NCBI RefSeq assembly: GCF_016432865.1 | Contig: NC_067403.1 | Location: 250,418,001-250,482,000, forward strand | Length of the DNA stretch: 64,000 nt | Direction of reading: 5' to 3' | DNA from: Antechinus flavipes | Lineage: Eukaryota | In this document: piece by piece, positions 1 through 11,479 of the stretch | How the letters are laid out: each line of letters opens with the position of its first letter | Numbering within the stretch: position 1 is the first letter of the stretch | Notes under the pieces: generated by a model | The model's database searches: none | The model's input: the letters and a program-made list of their open reading frames with translations, nothing else | Told to the model about the DNA's origin: nothing | Translations under genes and position numbers: made by a program

Positions 1-131
1 TTTATAGGTGCATTTGGCAGATTGCCAGTAGTGATTAATCCTTACTTCTGGTTAAGGATAAGTCAATGTGCCTCGGCTAAAGATGCTGGCTTTGCCTCTT
101 TACAGTCTGAATATTTTGTGTAACCATGTGT

Positions 132-189
132 CTAGATTGAAACATCAAGGTGTTCTATATCCATTGGGAGTTCAATATTTGAACTGGTG
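132..189 (-). CDS. Candidate terminal exon of the MS4A-like gene
   Basis: Strong acceptor gtcctcacctttacag before 189. Phase-0 entry gives HQFKY* (stop 174-172). Phase-2 entry gives TSSNIELPMDIEHLDVSI* (stop 134-132). Confidence 0.4.
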
Positions 190-327
190 CTGTAAAGGTG
201 AGGACAGTGTGACTATTGGAGATTGTTTGAATGCATAAAAGGAGCTCAAGGAGGTTGTCTAATTGTAAATATCCCCTAAAGAAGCTCCTCCTCCCTGTTA
301 GGGTGTTCCTTCAAAATTTTCTCTGCT

Positions 328-472
328 GGGGCACCTTGGTGGTGCAATAGATAGAGTATCAGCCCTGAAGTCAGGAGGACCCGAGTTCAAATCTGATCTC
401 AGACACTTAACACTTCCTAGCTATGTGATCCTGGGCAAGTCACTTAGTCCCTATTGTCTCAGGAAAAAAAAA
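328..472 (+). mobile_element. WSINE1-type CORE-SINE
   Basis: ggggcac..ggtggtgcaatagatagag...gagttcaaatctg..cctgggcaagtcactta...ctcagg followed by an A tail. Confidence 0.85.
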
Positions 473-569
473 TTCTCTCCTCTCTCCCCCTTCAGATATA
501 TGTTTTTTCTGTAGAAGGGAAATTTATTTGTCTATCTATGCATTTATTTGTTTATTCATTAATTCATTC

Positions 570-633
570 ACTTATCTATTTATTTATTAAAGTTTTATTT
601 TCAAAATAGATGCATAGATACTTTCCAACATTC
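570..633 (-). mobile_element. L1 3'-terminal fragment (dasyurid-type tail)
   Basis: Reverse complement reads atgaatgttggaaagtatctatgcatctattttgaaaataaaactttaataaataaa, like the L1 tails at 4760-4820 and 30090-30140. Confidence 0.7.
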
Positions 634-648
634 ATCAGAAAAGTAATT

Positions 649-3600
649 TTAAAAGAGCACCTTGATCCGAAAGGCAGAAAGGGCAATAAGGAAGGTTGAG
701 ATACAGAACTCCATAGTGGCCAGCATGAACTTCTCCAAGATAAAGCCCTGGAAAATACAAGATAATAAAAGAAGCATAACAAACATGATTGTGGGGAACA
801 CAGGCCAAAGGAATAGCGGTTGCCATTGGGTTGGCTTTGCCCTTTGGGTGCCTGAAAGAGTCCTTGATAACCTGGCTTCATAGGAGAGCTATGGGAGAGT
901 GAAAGAGGTTGGGGATGGAAGAACCTTAGGGAAATGCCAGGTGGTGACAAAGTAGTTCTATCTTGTTTATTACATCTCTACTGCTTCTCATATTTTTCCT
1001 AGATTCTTGGTCTATTCCACTCATCTACTATAACGTAGTTGGCTAAGTTTTAGTGTTGTTCCTGTCAATACTGTGGGGTTTTCTTGGCAAAGATAATGGA
1101 ATAGTTTGTCATTTCCTTCTCCAGCTCATTTTACAGAGGAGGAAACTGAGGCAAACACATAAGTCATACAGCTGGTAAGTGTGTGAGACCAGATTTGAAC
1201 TTAGGAAGAGGAATCTTTCTTACTTCATACCTGGCACTATCCACCGCACCCCCTAAAACAAGCCAACCTCCTTTGACTAATTATGAACTATGTGGTTACT
1301 GACTCTGAAACTCCCTCAGTTCATTGGAGTATTTTTGAATATAGGATTAAAGATCTATAGAAGGGTGCTGGTGTACCTCACTTCTGAACCCAGTGAGGTC
1401 TGAAAGTTGGGAACACTCCTTGGAGATGTTTCCTGAAATCCTTATATTTTCACTAAAAGGGACCTAAGCTGGCTTCTGAGGCTTTTGTGGTTCAGATAAC
1501 TGTTGCCATGAAAAATGAAAGAGAAAACAAGTGTCAGATATTAAAAAATGGAAACACTTACAGTGACAGTGACTATGTTCTGGTAGCATGTGAAATTTTG
1601 GTGTCCACTCTGGCATTCGTGATTTACAATCATGTTGAGGTGAATTATAATTATCCCAGTCAATGCAGCAAAGGCACTTAGAAAGCTCGTTACCAGGCAG
1701 CATTTCACCTGAAGGAAAGAAATTCATTTTTACTTCCCATTTCTCTCACATGGATTTCCTGCAATCTGGGCCGAATCTCTCTTTGACTCTCAAACTCAAT
1801 TAATCTAACAGAGGACTCTAGCTATCACAATTTCTTAATAAATCTGAATTGAATTTCAATTTGAATAACATCTTGGGACCAATGACTACTCTAAATGGAA
1901 TACTTAAGAAATAATTCTTTTCTCCAAGAAGATATTATTATTTTTGGTTTTGTGCATATCCATTAATCTATCCTCCCCAAGTCAATATAGAAGGATGTAT
2001 TGACAACATTTTTTTCATGGCCTGCATACTGAGAGATAGTGCTTGCTAATCCCTGGAGATAAGAGAAATGTGCTAACCAGTTTGCTTTTTACTTGCTAGT
2101 GGGTGAAAGGGGCAATATTGTTACTCACCAGAGCTTTGGAGGGTATCTCTGAAGAAACTAGTGAGAACATGCCTGAGATGGTGAACTGTTAATTAGAGAA
2201 AAATAAAACAAATATGAGGTCCATTCCCATATTTCCTCCAGCCTTTAAGAATATATATATTTTTGTATTGGCTATATAGTTTTGTTTATTATTGTTATTT
2301 TAAAATTTATTTATTTTAATATTTTTAAAAGTTTGAATCTGCCCTCTGAATTAATCAGCTCTCTATCAGGAGTTGGGCAGCACATTTCATGATGAGTTCT
2401 CAGGAATTGTAGTTAAGAATTCTTTAATTCATTCCTTGAAGCCCCATTTCTCATATGGGAAGAAATAGAAAAGTAAAAAAGAAGGAAAAAAATAATCCTC
2501 CCCAATAATTTTTGCCATTTCTTCTAATGATTAAGTAGCAATATATCAATTTGCATTAATTGAATTTCTTTCAATTGTATAACTCTCACAAGATTAATAT
2601 GGATTCTCCTCCTCCGTAACTAAGTCGAAAAGATGAGATAAAGAGTCAGTTATCCATGATTGAAAAAATACTAAAATGCAGAAATTAATTTTTCTTTAAT
2701 GCTGAGCCTAACATAACATACATTGACTAATTGTTGTCCTTCAGTCTGAAAGAGGACCAAGATGACGTCAGTATGACTGATATGGTTTGCTCTCTATGGA
2801 GTAAATATTGACATTGTCCTTACAGTTGGCACTATTAAACTTGTATGGATAAATAAATTGCCATGTTCATTCACAGGTGAATGTAGGAAAAAGTGTTAAT
2901 CTAGACTTGATGGAAAGCTCATAGAAAGCTCATTGGTTAAGGACCAATTGGTTAAATTCATGAAGAGAAGATGTTTGTGCCCATGATTATTTCTGGGGGA
3001 TAAGATTAGTGAATCTGGTAATTAAAAAGGGTGTTAATAAAAGTGTTATTTTCTTCTAATGAATAATTTTCATTTATACATTAAAGATGTTCAAAAGTTT
3101 TGTGTTCAGACTTGACGTTTATTTTGTGAAATAAACCCAAAATGTGTTCAGAGGCCTCTCTAATCACCACTCTGTGCTATCTCTTGAATCAACTTTTCAC
3201 CATTTATTTCTGCTCAGATCTATAAAGCCTTAAGCTTCATCAGTCATTCATCTTCTTCCTAAAAATGTACCAGCTGATAACAGTTTATTCTATGCCAGTT
3301 TGATAGGGTCATAAAATTCCACTTTAGAAGGGACATTAGAAACAATCAGATCATGTGTACCACAAGATAAATGACTAAACATTTTCTCTGATCTCTACCT
3401 CTCTGAAATATAAACATTTTCTTTGATCTCTACAATCTCTGAAATATAAACATTTTCTCTGATCTCTACAATCTGTGAAATATGAACATTTTCTCTGATC
3501 TCTACAATCTCTCAAATATAAACATTTTCTCTGATCTCTACAATCTCTCAAATATCTCCAAAACAAAAATTAAATATGAACATACAGCAATTTCAGCTGT

Positions 3601-6600
3601 CTCAATGTGCTTCCAGGATACAAAACTAAGTTTAAAAACAATCACAAAGTGGTACCTATTCTCAGCTCACTCAGGATCCCTTTTTGCACTGCCCACTATG
3701 CTGCTGGCAGTGATGCCAAACTAGCCACTTCAATCATTGAACACATGAACTTGCAACAAAACTTAAGGACCCAACACAAGGGGTTTGTCACAACCCCCCT
3801 ATCCTAGATCCCTTTGCCTCTTTCCAGTGTTCTGTAAATTAAGTCTCAAGACTATGGAAGCTTTCATGGGTAGTCCAGCCAGCCGTCACCATGGCAGTAA
3901 TCTAGGTTTCCAAAGCTTTCTGGTGCTGTGGTAGGCAACCCGCAGTGTGCAGCATCCTGTGCTGCAAAAGATTTCTGAAGGAGAATAGAGGAACAGAAAA
4001 AGGAGAAGTCCATATGTCTGGACTTCAGATAGAGCTGAATCCCACATGTGTTCCAATCTTCCAGAACCACAGAGTCAAAAATGACACAAATTAATCCTGT
4101 AGCAACTGAACAGCAACTCTTTGAAGTGCTAGTGCTGGATCAAAGAACTAAGAGCAGAAGGAGCAGGTAGGACCCTAGGACAGGAGATTGTGTATGTAGG
4201 GAGCTGGAGGCACTTTACTAGGCTTGAGTGAAAGGCTCTAGCATCCTTATTGGAGCCACAATTTTTCCTCCAAAATTATTCATGACAGAGATTTCAACTG
4301 GTGAACAGTGAATTACCCAGATTAAAGGAAGGATAAGACAATTGGAAGAAAATCAGGAAAATCACCATCAGAGAGAAGGGAGTTAGGAACTAAATCATAG
4401 TGGAAAATAAAGGGAAAAGGCCATAAATTGTCAAAAATCTTAGGGAAAAGAAAACTTAAAGGCCTTGAACAAAAGCAGATAAATCAACATTGAAAACATT
4501 AATGCAAAAGGATATATCATCCTTATCTACTAAAGGAGTACAGTAAACAAAGGAAAATGATTTTTGTTTTTCTTCCCAGGTTATTTTACCTTTCCAAATC
4601 CATTTTTTCTTGTGTAGCAAGACAACTGTATAAATATGTATACATAGATTGTATTTAACATAGTTTAACATATTTAACATGTATGAGACTACTTGCCATC
4701 TAGGGGAGAAGGTGGAGGAAAGGAAGGGAAAAGTTGGAATAGAAGTTTTTGCAAGGATCAATGTTGAAAAATTACCCATGCATATGTTTTGTCAATAAAA
4801 AGCTATAATAATAAAAAAAAGAAAAAAGGAAAATAATGAAACACTTAATAAAAAAGGACTGTCTTGAATTTGAAGAAAACATGGAACCACAAAACATTAT
4901 TTCTGACTTGTTAAAAAAAATAGACCTATGAAAACAGAATATATGCTCTGAATAGCAAAAATAATGGAAGCAATAAATTTTTTTTTTATCTGTAAGGACA
5001 AGTCTCAGAAAAAGCAAAAGATAGAGTAATTATACAAATATAATGAAGTCCAGGATAATCTAGAAATAAAAAATCACATTAAAAATACATATACTGGGGC
5101 AGCTAGATGGTGCAATGGATAGAGCACCAGCCCTGAAGTCAGGAGGACCTGAGTTCAAACCTGTCCTCAGACACTTAACACTTCCTAGCTGTGTGACTCT
5201 GGACGATTTACTTGACCCCAATTGCCTCAGCAAAAAAACAAAAACAAAAAACCAAAACATAATACCAATCCTATCTCATCAAAAACATATTGATCTTGAG
5301 GACATGTTATATAGAAACTGTCTGAAGATGATGGAGCTCATAGAAGAACATGACAAAACAAAAATCTCCAACAAAGCCTGAATACCACAGTGTAATACAT
5401 AATACAAGAGAAATGCCTGAAAAGAAATACCAATGGAAAAATGTCATAGATCCAAAACCAACAACTTCAACGGCAACTCAAAACCAAACACATTAGTCCT
5501 TTAATTTAACAATTAAATAAAAAATAAGAAGCTCTGCAAATTCTTCAAATATAAATAATTATTCTGTTCCCACCAGGAAACAGAATGAAGATGGGTTTGG
5601 GCCAAATTGAAGGGTGCAATGAGGGGAAGGTGACTCCTGTGGTTTCTCAGGAAAAGAAGATCCTGCAAAGAAGTGGGTGAGAAAGGGTGAGAAATGATTG
5701 TAAAGGAGATGGGAAAAGGAGGCAGAACTTGCTTTGATTGCCCTTATGTTTGAAGAGAAATGTTCTATAAAGAGAGATAGGAACTTTGTGTTGGGTTTTG
5801 TTTGGGGATTTGGTACTTAAAAATGTCCTCTCATTCTACCTAACATGTTTCCCAGATCATTTATTGCATATTCTATTTTCTTTTGGAGCTTTAATATTCT
5901 TTTTCAGCCCCAATGGTCTTTCAAGTAATAAACTTATCTTTTTTGGTTAATTTGCTTTTAGCCCATTGATTGGTAGGAAGAATCCATAGCTGAATAAGTA
6001 ACATACAGCTCTCTAAGGAATAATTTGGGCACATTATCAAGGGAAGATGGTGAGGAGGAGATGAAATGAAGTGCAGGATTTCATGATATTCTTTAGTGAA
6101 ATTTCACTAGTGATCATGGACAAATATCACTTGGCTTTCTAGGTATCAGTTACAAATCCATCTTTTATAGGAAAGACTTTCACTAGATGATGTAAAGGTT
6201 ATTTTTTTTTTCAATTCTATGGTTCTATTTTCTATTGTCTAAGGATTCTAAATGAAACATATCATAATACATTAGAAAAGTAACTTTATTGATGTACTCA
6301 CACTCAGTCCTCCCCAAAGTGCATAGCCTGAAGTAAAGATTTCAAAATGCCCCCTTTCTTGATCTTCTTGTGACATCCATGAGCTCCATTTTGTCCATAA
6401 GCTCGTATTAATCAGTCCAATTAAGATCTGAAGTGCCTGGATGGGAAAAAGAGGCCATGAGGGAAAAGATATGTCAGTAAAACAGTCCCCTTCTGAAGAA
6501 CTTCTAGGTACAATTTGGTCATGGTATCTGTATCATGCAAACAGGGCATTAAAAAGTTGGAGTTAAATCATTAAAATTAGATATAACCTCCACGGGGAAA

Positions 6601-7804
6601 ATTTTTTCCCTATGTTTAAATATAGCCAGGAAGTTCTTTCAATTATTAAATAGTGTTTATCAAAGATGTGCTGTTTTGTCAGAGAGGCTGGGAGCTAGTA
6701 AGTTTTGAGTTCATCCAAATTCAATCTTGTATACTTACTTAGTTGTGAGACCATCGAGTGGTCATTAAGCGCTTGTCTGCCAGTTTCATCATCTACAAAA
6801 TAGGGATATTAATAACACCTACCAGACTTGTCATGAGGAAAAAATGAGATATTTACAAAGTTTTGTAACCAAGAAAGCACATATACATGTTGTCTATCTA
6901 TCATCATCAAGCCCATATGATAATTGGGACAAATATAATACATGCACTGAATTCCTGATCATAAAAAATTAATCAATCAAATTATTATATGATTAGTGCA
7001 AAGTGAGTAGTTGGAGCAAGAGGAACACATCTATTGTGTATAATCATCCTTGAAGAGTTCACAAAGAAATATTTGTTGAAATATTCTTAGTGAATAATTA
7101 TCACTATTGTTAGGAACTGTTTGACTGCTGTCTCATGGTTCTACCCAGAATTCCTGGAATTGATTACTCAGATTGCTTAGGATGAAGTTCCCTATCCATA
7201 AAACCACTTCCTGTTCTCTCTCATACAAATGACCTGTTCTGCTCCCAAGTCACTATGCCCTCCCATGCCATGTCCATCCTATTTTTCATAAAATATCTTC
7301 TGTTTTATACTTCTCCTTCTACTCCTCTCACTGCCTCCTGCCAGAAGACCCAGCATCTACTCCTAATAAATTTCTTTACTCTTGGATCTACCTTCTCTCA
7401 TGGCTCCTGAGATAACCCCACAAGAGTGAGAAAACATTCTGCTCTTCACTGCTACTTCCAGACTTCTTAATAAATCAGTCACTATCCCTTTGTTGTTCAA
7501 TCCAACTAGATATATTAGTTTATTTCTATCATTTTAGTTGTTCTCTATGATCTCTCCCTCTCCCTCTCCCCCCACTCCCCCAACATTGATCATTCTTCTT
7601 TCCTTCTCAGGGAATTAACTATCTCATACTCTTTCTCTCTATCCCAAGTTTGGTCCATTTACTTGAGGGACTCAATTTGCTTGTTGAAATCCCCTAAATC
7701 ACCATTCTCATTCTTGATTTTAGTGATCTATACCTTCATACCACTTCAGTTCTCTGATGAATTTCTTCTCCTCCCCTCCTTTCTCTTCTCCTCTCTACTC
7801 CTAT

Positions 7805-7877
<73 letters not shown>

Positions 7878-10359
7878 TCTCTTTTCCTCTCTTCTCTGTC
7901 TCTCCCCTCTCTCTTTCTCTGTATCTCCTTCTTTCTATCTCTGTCTCTGTATATTTGTATGTCTCAATCCATACCTAGCAAACTATTTATAAATTATTGA
8001 GTATTTGATAAACCAGATTGAATTGAGTGAAAATTTGGCTCTAATTCTAGATGGCTCTTTAGGAGTAGCAGGAAGCAATCTCACAATGGTAATGTTAGGA
8101 TTTCTATAAAGATGATTTATTTTTACTTCTAGGAGCCAAGATGGTATAGTAAATTTCTGCAACTTTCTCATAGTGACCTTCAAACAGCCATAAAATAGTG
8201 CCCCTCAAAACAGTTTTTGAAGCTAAGAAACTTGGAAGATTGAAGGGAAGGTCTATTTTGGGTAAAAGGGCAATGCAGTCTCAGAGAGGAAGTATCCCTA
8301 AAAGTAAGTAGCAAGCCTCACCTCAGCAAATCAACAGTAGATTCTGACCCCCGGTGCAGTGGAACAGGCAAATAACACATCAGAAACCACTTTGTGCCTC
8401 AGCATATCCAGCTGAATAGGGAGACTCCAGTTCTGAGAACCTCTATGTTCTTAAATATAGCCTTGACCAAATAGGCAACCTCTAGGGTCCAGACCACCAG
8501 GTGCTTCAGTATATCTTTGGGGAATGCAGAAATACCCCCACAACCTCAATACTCTAGACCCCAGCACTAGGACCCCAGCTCAGCATCAAGTAAGCTACCA
8601 TACTTCTTTGGACTCCAGCAGTACCATTTATCCCCACCCCACCTCTCAGGCTAGCACTAGACATGGGGGTCTCCTGTGACCTCAAGGCAATATAAGTGTG
8701 GCATCAGGTTAATAGGCAAGGACTGTATCCCTGAGAAGCCTGAGGCAGTGTTCCTTTAAGCCCACATGCAAAGCTCAAACTCAAAAGAAAATGAAAAAGA
8801 TGAGCAAAAACAACCAAAAAGGAATAGAAAATTATTGCAGTGACAGGGAAGATCAAGACAAATTCAGCAGAAGACAATGATGTCAAAACACCTGTGGGCA
8901 AAACCCTAAAGAAAAATTGGAAATGTTCTCAAACAAAAAAAGAACTCACAGAAGAGCTCAAAAAGGAACTTAAAAATCATATAAGATAGGTAGAAGAAAA
9001 ATTGGGGAAATAAATGAAAGTGTTGCAAAAGACTTATGCAAAAAAAAAAGGCAACTTGGAAAAAGAAGACAATTGCTTTAAAACTAGCATTAGCCAAATG
9101 GAAAAGGAGACACAAAAATTCATGAGGAAAACAACTTACAAGATACAATTGGCCAATTAGGAAAGAAGGTATAAAAGCTAATTGAGGGAAACTGTATTGA
9201 GGGGGAAAAAGCCCAAACAAATATGGTTTAACAGTTTATTTTCCCCAAAAGTGAATATGCAAAGCAAAATTTACAAAGCATCCATGAGGTGCTTTTCTCA
9301 TCCTAATACAAGTTCTTCTGTTCCTGTAAATTTCTTAATGCTGATAATTTGTCCATCTAGCTAAATTATGTAATAATAATATTCTAATATGTATAGAACA
9401 AATAACTGGCATTTTGTGGTCCTTAAAAGTTTTTTTAAAAACATTTATATAATACATATGCTTAAAGGAAATAAATGTTTGAAAAGTCAAAATGGAACAG
9501 AGATACACTAGAACAAAAATACTTTTAATATTTCTGATGTTCCTTTTCCTCTACTTTTCCCTCTCATGCCACCTCATTCCAGTCTTCCTTCTCTTCTCCT
9601 GTTCTCTCCTTTCCATTCCTCTAATCTCTTCCTCTCTTCTCTCCTTACTCTTTGTTCCATCTATCATTTTTTAAAAATATGAAGCTCAGATTTTTTTTTG
9701 ATAGTTAAGCAATCCAAGGTTTCTTTATCTCCTTTTTTCCTAGCCAGGAGCTCTAATGGGCACCATTTAAAAAAGTTTATCAAGACCTGAGAATAACAGC
9801 TTTCTTGTATCATTTTATTTTCTGAGAGTTATTCATGTAAGTTGCAACCTCCATGCAAATCCTCAATATTCTATTTTTTGAGCATATACAAGTATCTTCT
9901 CATGAACCTTGTCCTTGCTTTTATCCTTGACCTTTATTTCTTCTCTGAAATATTCATCTGTTTTTACAATTACTGTTAGAAGAAGTTAAGGAAAAAAATA
10001 AAGCATGTCTAATACTTGTAGGAGGTGATATTCTCATGTAATTTAAGGGAAAACAAAAAGCTTTTTTATTGCTGTTTTTTAAAAAAATATATCCCAAATC
10101 CAACAATCCCAGGGATCTTCCATGATGAATGTCATTTCTCAAAGAGCAAAATCCACATCTCCTAGATGACAGTACTTAGATGGAGACAATTCTAAGGAAA
10201 TAGCAGTTGACTTACACCAAGCAATTGTCCTACACTCTTCAGGAAACTCGTCAGCTTATCCTGTGTGCTCGATGGAGACTTGGCAGTCTCTTCTTCCTCT
10301 GGAATGATGTAATCATCACTGGGGAGATCTTCGGTGGACCGCTGTACATGTGATTCCAT
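649..10359 (-). CDS. MS4A-family (CD20-like, membrane-spanning 4-domain) gene, multi-exon, about 193-195 aa; orthologue not assignable
   Basis: Five minus-strand exons with GT-AG boundaries, all phase 0, splice into one open frame: MESHVQ...KLTSFLKSVGQLLG | ALQILIGL...SGYALWGGLS | FTISGMFSLVSSEIPSKAL | VKCCLVTSFLSAFAALTGIIII...C..C..VTVT | GFILEKFMLATMEFCISTFLIALSAFRIK. Motifs (FLK..LG, QILIG, GY..WGG, FxISG, EFCIS) and the 57-nt TM2 exon match MS4A architecture. The 3' end is ambiguous. Confidence 0.88.
661..747 (-). CDS. MS4A-like coding exon 5 (TM4; 29 aa, or read-through to the TAA at 651-649)
   Basis: Acceptor ttatcttgtattttccag. Translates to GFILEKFMLATMEFCISTFLIALSAFRIK. Donor AAG|GTGCTC is weak; read-through gives VLF*. 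Confidence 0.85.
1066..1253 (-). mobile_element. MAR1-type CORE-SINE
   Basis: ggggttttcttggcaaagat...ctccagctcattttacaga..gaaactgaggcaaac...gatttgaact. Confidence 0.8.
1562..1708 (-). CDS. MS4A-like coding exon 4 (TM3 plus ECL2 with two Cys; 49 aa)
   Basis: Acceptor tttctttccttcag, donor GTAAGT, 147 nt. Translates to VKCCLVTSFLSAFAALTGIIIIHLNMIVNHECQSGHQNFTCYQNIVTVT. Confidence 0.9.
2129..2185 (-). CDS. MS4A-like coding exon 3 (TM2; 19 aa)
   Basis: Acceptor tttttctctaattaacag, donor GTGAGT, exactly 57 nt. Translates to FTISGMFSLVSSEIPSKAL, matching the MS4A FIISGSLSIAA...K.L exon. Confidence 0.9.
3377..3555. repeat. Minisatellite, 36-bp unit x5 (aaacattttctctgatctctacaatctctgaaatat)
   Basis: Head-to-tail units start at 3377 (35 bp), 3412, 3448, 3484 and 3520. 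Confidence 0.95.
4556..4830 (+). mobile_element. L1 3' UTR fragment with A-rich tail
   Basis: ggggagaaggtggagg...gttgaaaaattacccatgcatatgttttgtcaataaaaagctataataataaaaaaaag. Confidence 0.8.
5096..5257 (+). mobile_element. WSINE1-type CORE-SINE, full length
   Basis: ggggcagctagatggtgcaatggatagagcaccagccctgaagtcaggaggacctgagttcaaa...ccccaattgcctcagc followed by an A/CAAAA tail. Confidence 0.9.
6302..6436 (-). CDS. MS4A-like coding exon 2 (TM1, ECL1, start of TM2; 45 aa)
   Basis: Acceptor ctttttcccatccag, donor GTGAGT, 135 nt. Translates to ALQILIGLINTSLWTKWSSWMSQEDQERGHFEIFTSGYALWGGLS. Confidence 0.9.
6690..6900 (+). mobile_element. MIR-like SINE, degraded
   Basis: cagtttcatcatctacaaaatagggatattaataacacctacc CORE motif. 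Confidence 0.6.
7108..7422 (+). mobile_element. Possible solo LTR
   Basis: TGT...ACA ends and AATAAA about 50 nt from the 3' end. No TSD found. Confidence 0.3.
7808..7871. repeat. (TC)n microsatellite in a pyrimidine-rich tract
   Basis: Perfect TC run seen directly. Confidence 0.95.
8132..9190 (+). mobile_element. Degraded L1 5' UTR and ORF1 start (in MS4A intron 1)
   Basis: Begins ggagccaagatgg (L1 5' end). Lys/Glu-rich coiled-coil-type ORF1 remnants with stops from about 8790. Confidence 0.7.
10216..10359 (-). CDS. MS4A-like coding exon 1 (cytoplasmic N-terminus, 48 aa)
   Basis: ATG at 10359 and GTAAGT donor (+ acttac 10210-10215). Acceptor tctctttggtacag lies 16 nt upstream of the ATG (exon starts at 10375). 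Ends FLKSVGQLLG, like the MS4A FLKxExKVLG motif. Confidence 0.8.
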
Positions 10360-11479
10360 ACTAATATAGTCAAGTCTGTACCAAAGAGATAGTCAGTCCA
10401 TTATTATCAAACCCATTTCATATGTAAGCTTTCAGTCACAGTCAACAGAGTTGATAAAATACCACAAACCTACTTAACCTTGCCACCTTTGATGAATCTT
10501 GTAATATCCCCATGTCTTTCCCCAAATGATCAAATTGCACCAACTTTTTCCAATACCAATTTGAAAGAAGAAAAAAAGAAAAATAACCCTATTTATCCAT
10601 TCATCTTTCTGCATGAAGTTTAATGATTTTAATTAATTGCAAACATCCCTAAACTCTCTTTCCCTATGCCCACATTGTTTATATCACTTTTAAACACACA
10701 ATCACTAAAGCAATTTTCATCATTAAAATTGAGGGGAAAACTCACTTTATCCAAATTTCCTTAAGACATTTTATAGAAAAAAACCTGTGTTGACTTGGAA
10801 GAAAAGATAAGAAAATCATCAATTTAGAGATTGTCTTGTTCAACCATTTCATTTTTCAAATGTGAATAATGAGTATAAGAATGAACACATGATTTGACTG
10901 GTGTCACCTAATCAGCAAGATGAAAAGTTTTGACACATTCTCATGGACCAAAGAGACTAGTTGCCTCAAGGGAGGCTCTCAGGATCATATCTAAAGTGCT
11001 TGGATTTAGAAGAGAAGACCCTGATATCTGGAGAGAAGGATAACAGAGAGAATATAATGTTACCTAGAATAATCTTAAAAGAAGTTCCTTCCTTTTGCAT
11101 AAATCACTGATTTTCTTAAAACTCCAGAAACTGGGAGCAGGCCAAGGAGATGCTGAAAGCTAAAAGCTTAAATAACTGTTGTGCCCGATATTCAGGCAGA
11201 GAACTATAGAGTGGAGCTCATATCTTTAGTTCCTACACAAGCATCATTTTAACAGGCAATAATAGTCATGGACAAGTCTCACAAACTGCCAACACCAGTT
11301 TCTTGAAAGAGAATATACCATTTTGGGCTATTATATTTATGACATGTTTATGGAAGTTAAAATAATGGATTGACCTAGTTTTTTTTAGTCATTTAACAGA
11401 ACAAACCCATTTTGAGGGTTTTCTTTTATGAAAATTAAGCCTTTAAAGACATTGAAATTAGAGTATGTTTGGGAAAAGT

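Noticed and set aside
576-950. 124-aa minus-strand ORF
   Set aside because: It crosses MS4A intron 4, exon 5 in the wrong frame and an L1 tail, and has no recognisable homology.
1382-1452. Cryptic exon in MS4A intron 4 with AG and GTGAGG
   Set aside because: It is 71 nt and starts with TGA in phase 0, so it cannot be a coding exon.
2824-2880. Another 57-nt open segment with a GTAAGG donor
   Set aside because: No AG acceptor (cctacat), and the peptide lacks the FxISG motif. The real exon is 2129-2185.
3377-3555. 36-bp repeats as a CRISPR array
   Set aside because: The units are head-to-tail with no spacers, there are no cas genes, and the DNA is mammalian.
3800-3974. Strong minus-strand acceptor followed by a KEAKG motif resembling an MS4A N-terminal exon
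   Set aside because: There is an in-frame stop and no GT donor. Too weak to call even a pseudo-exon.
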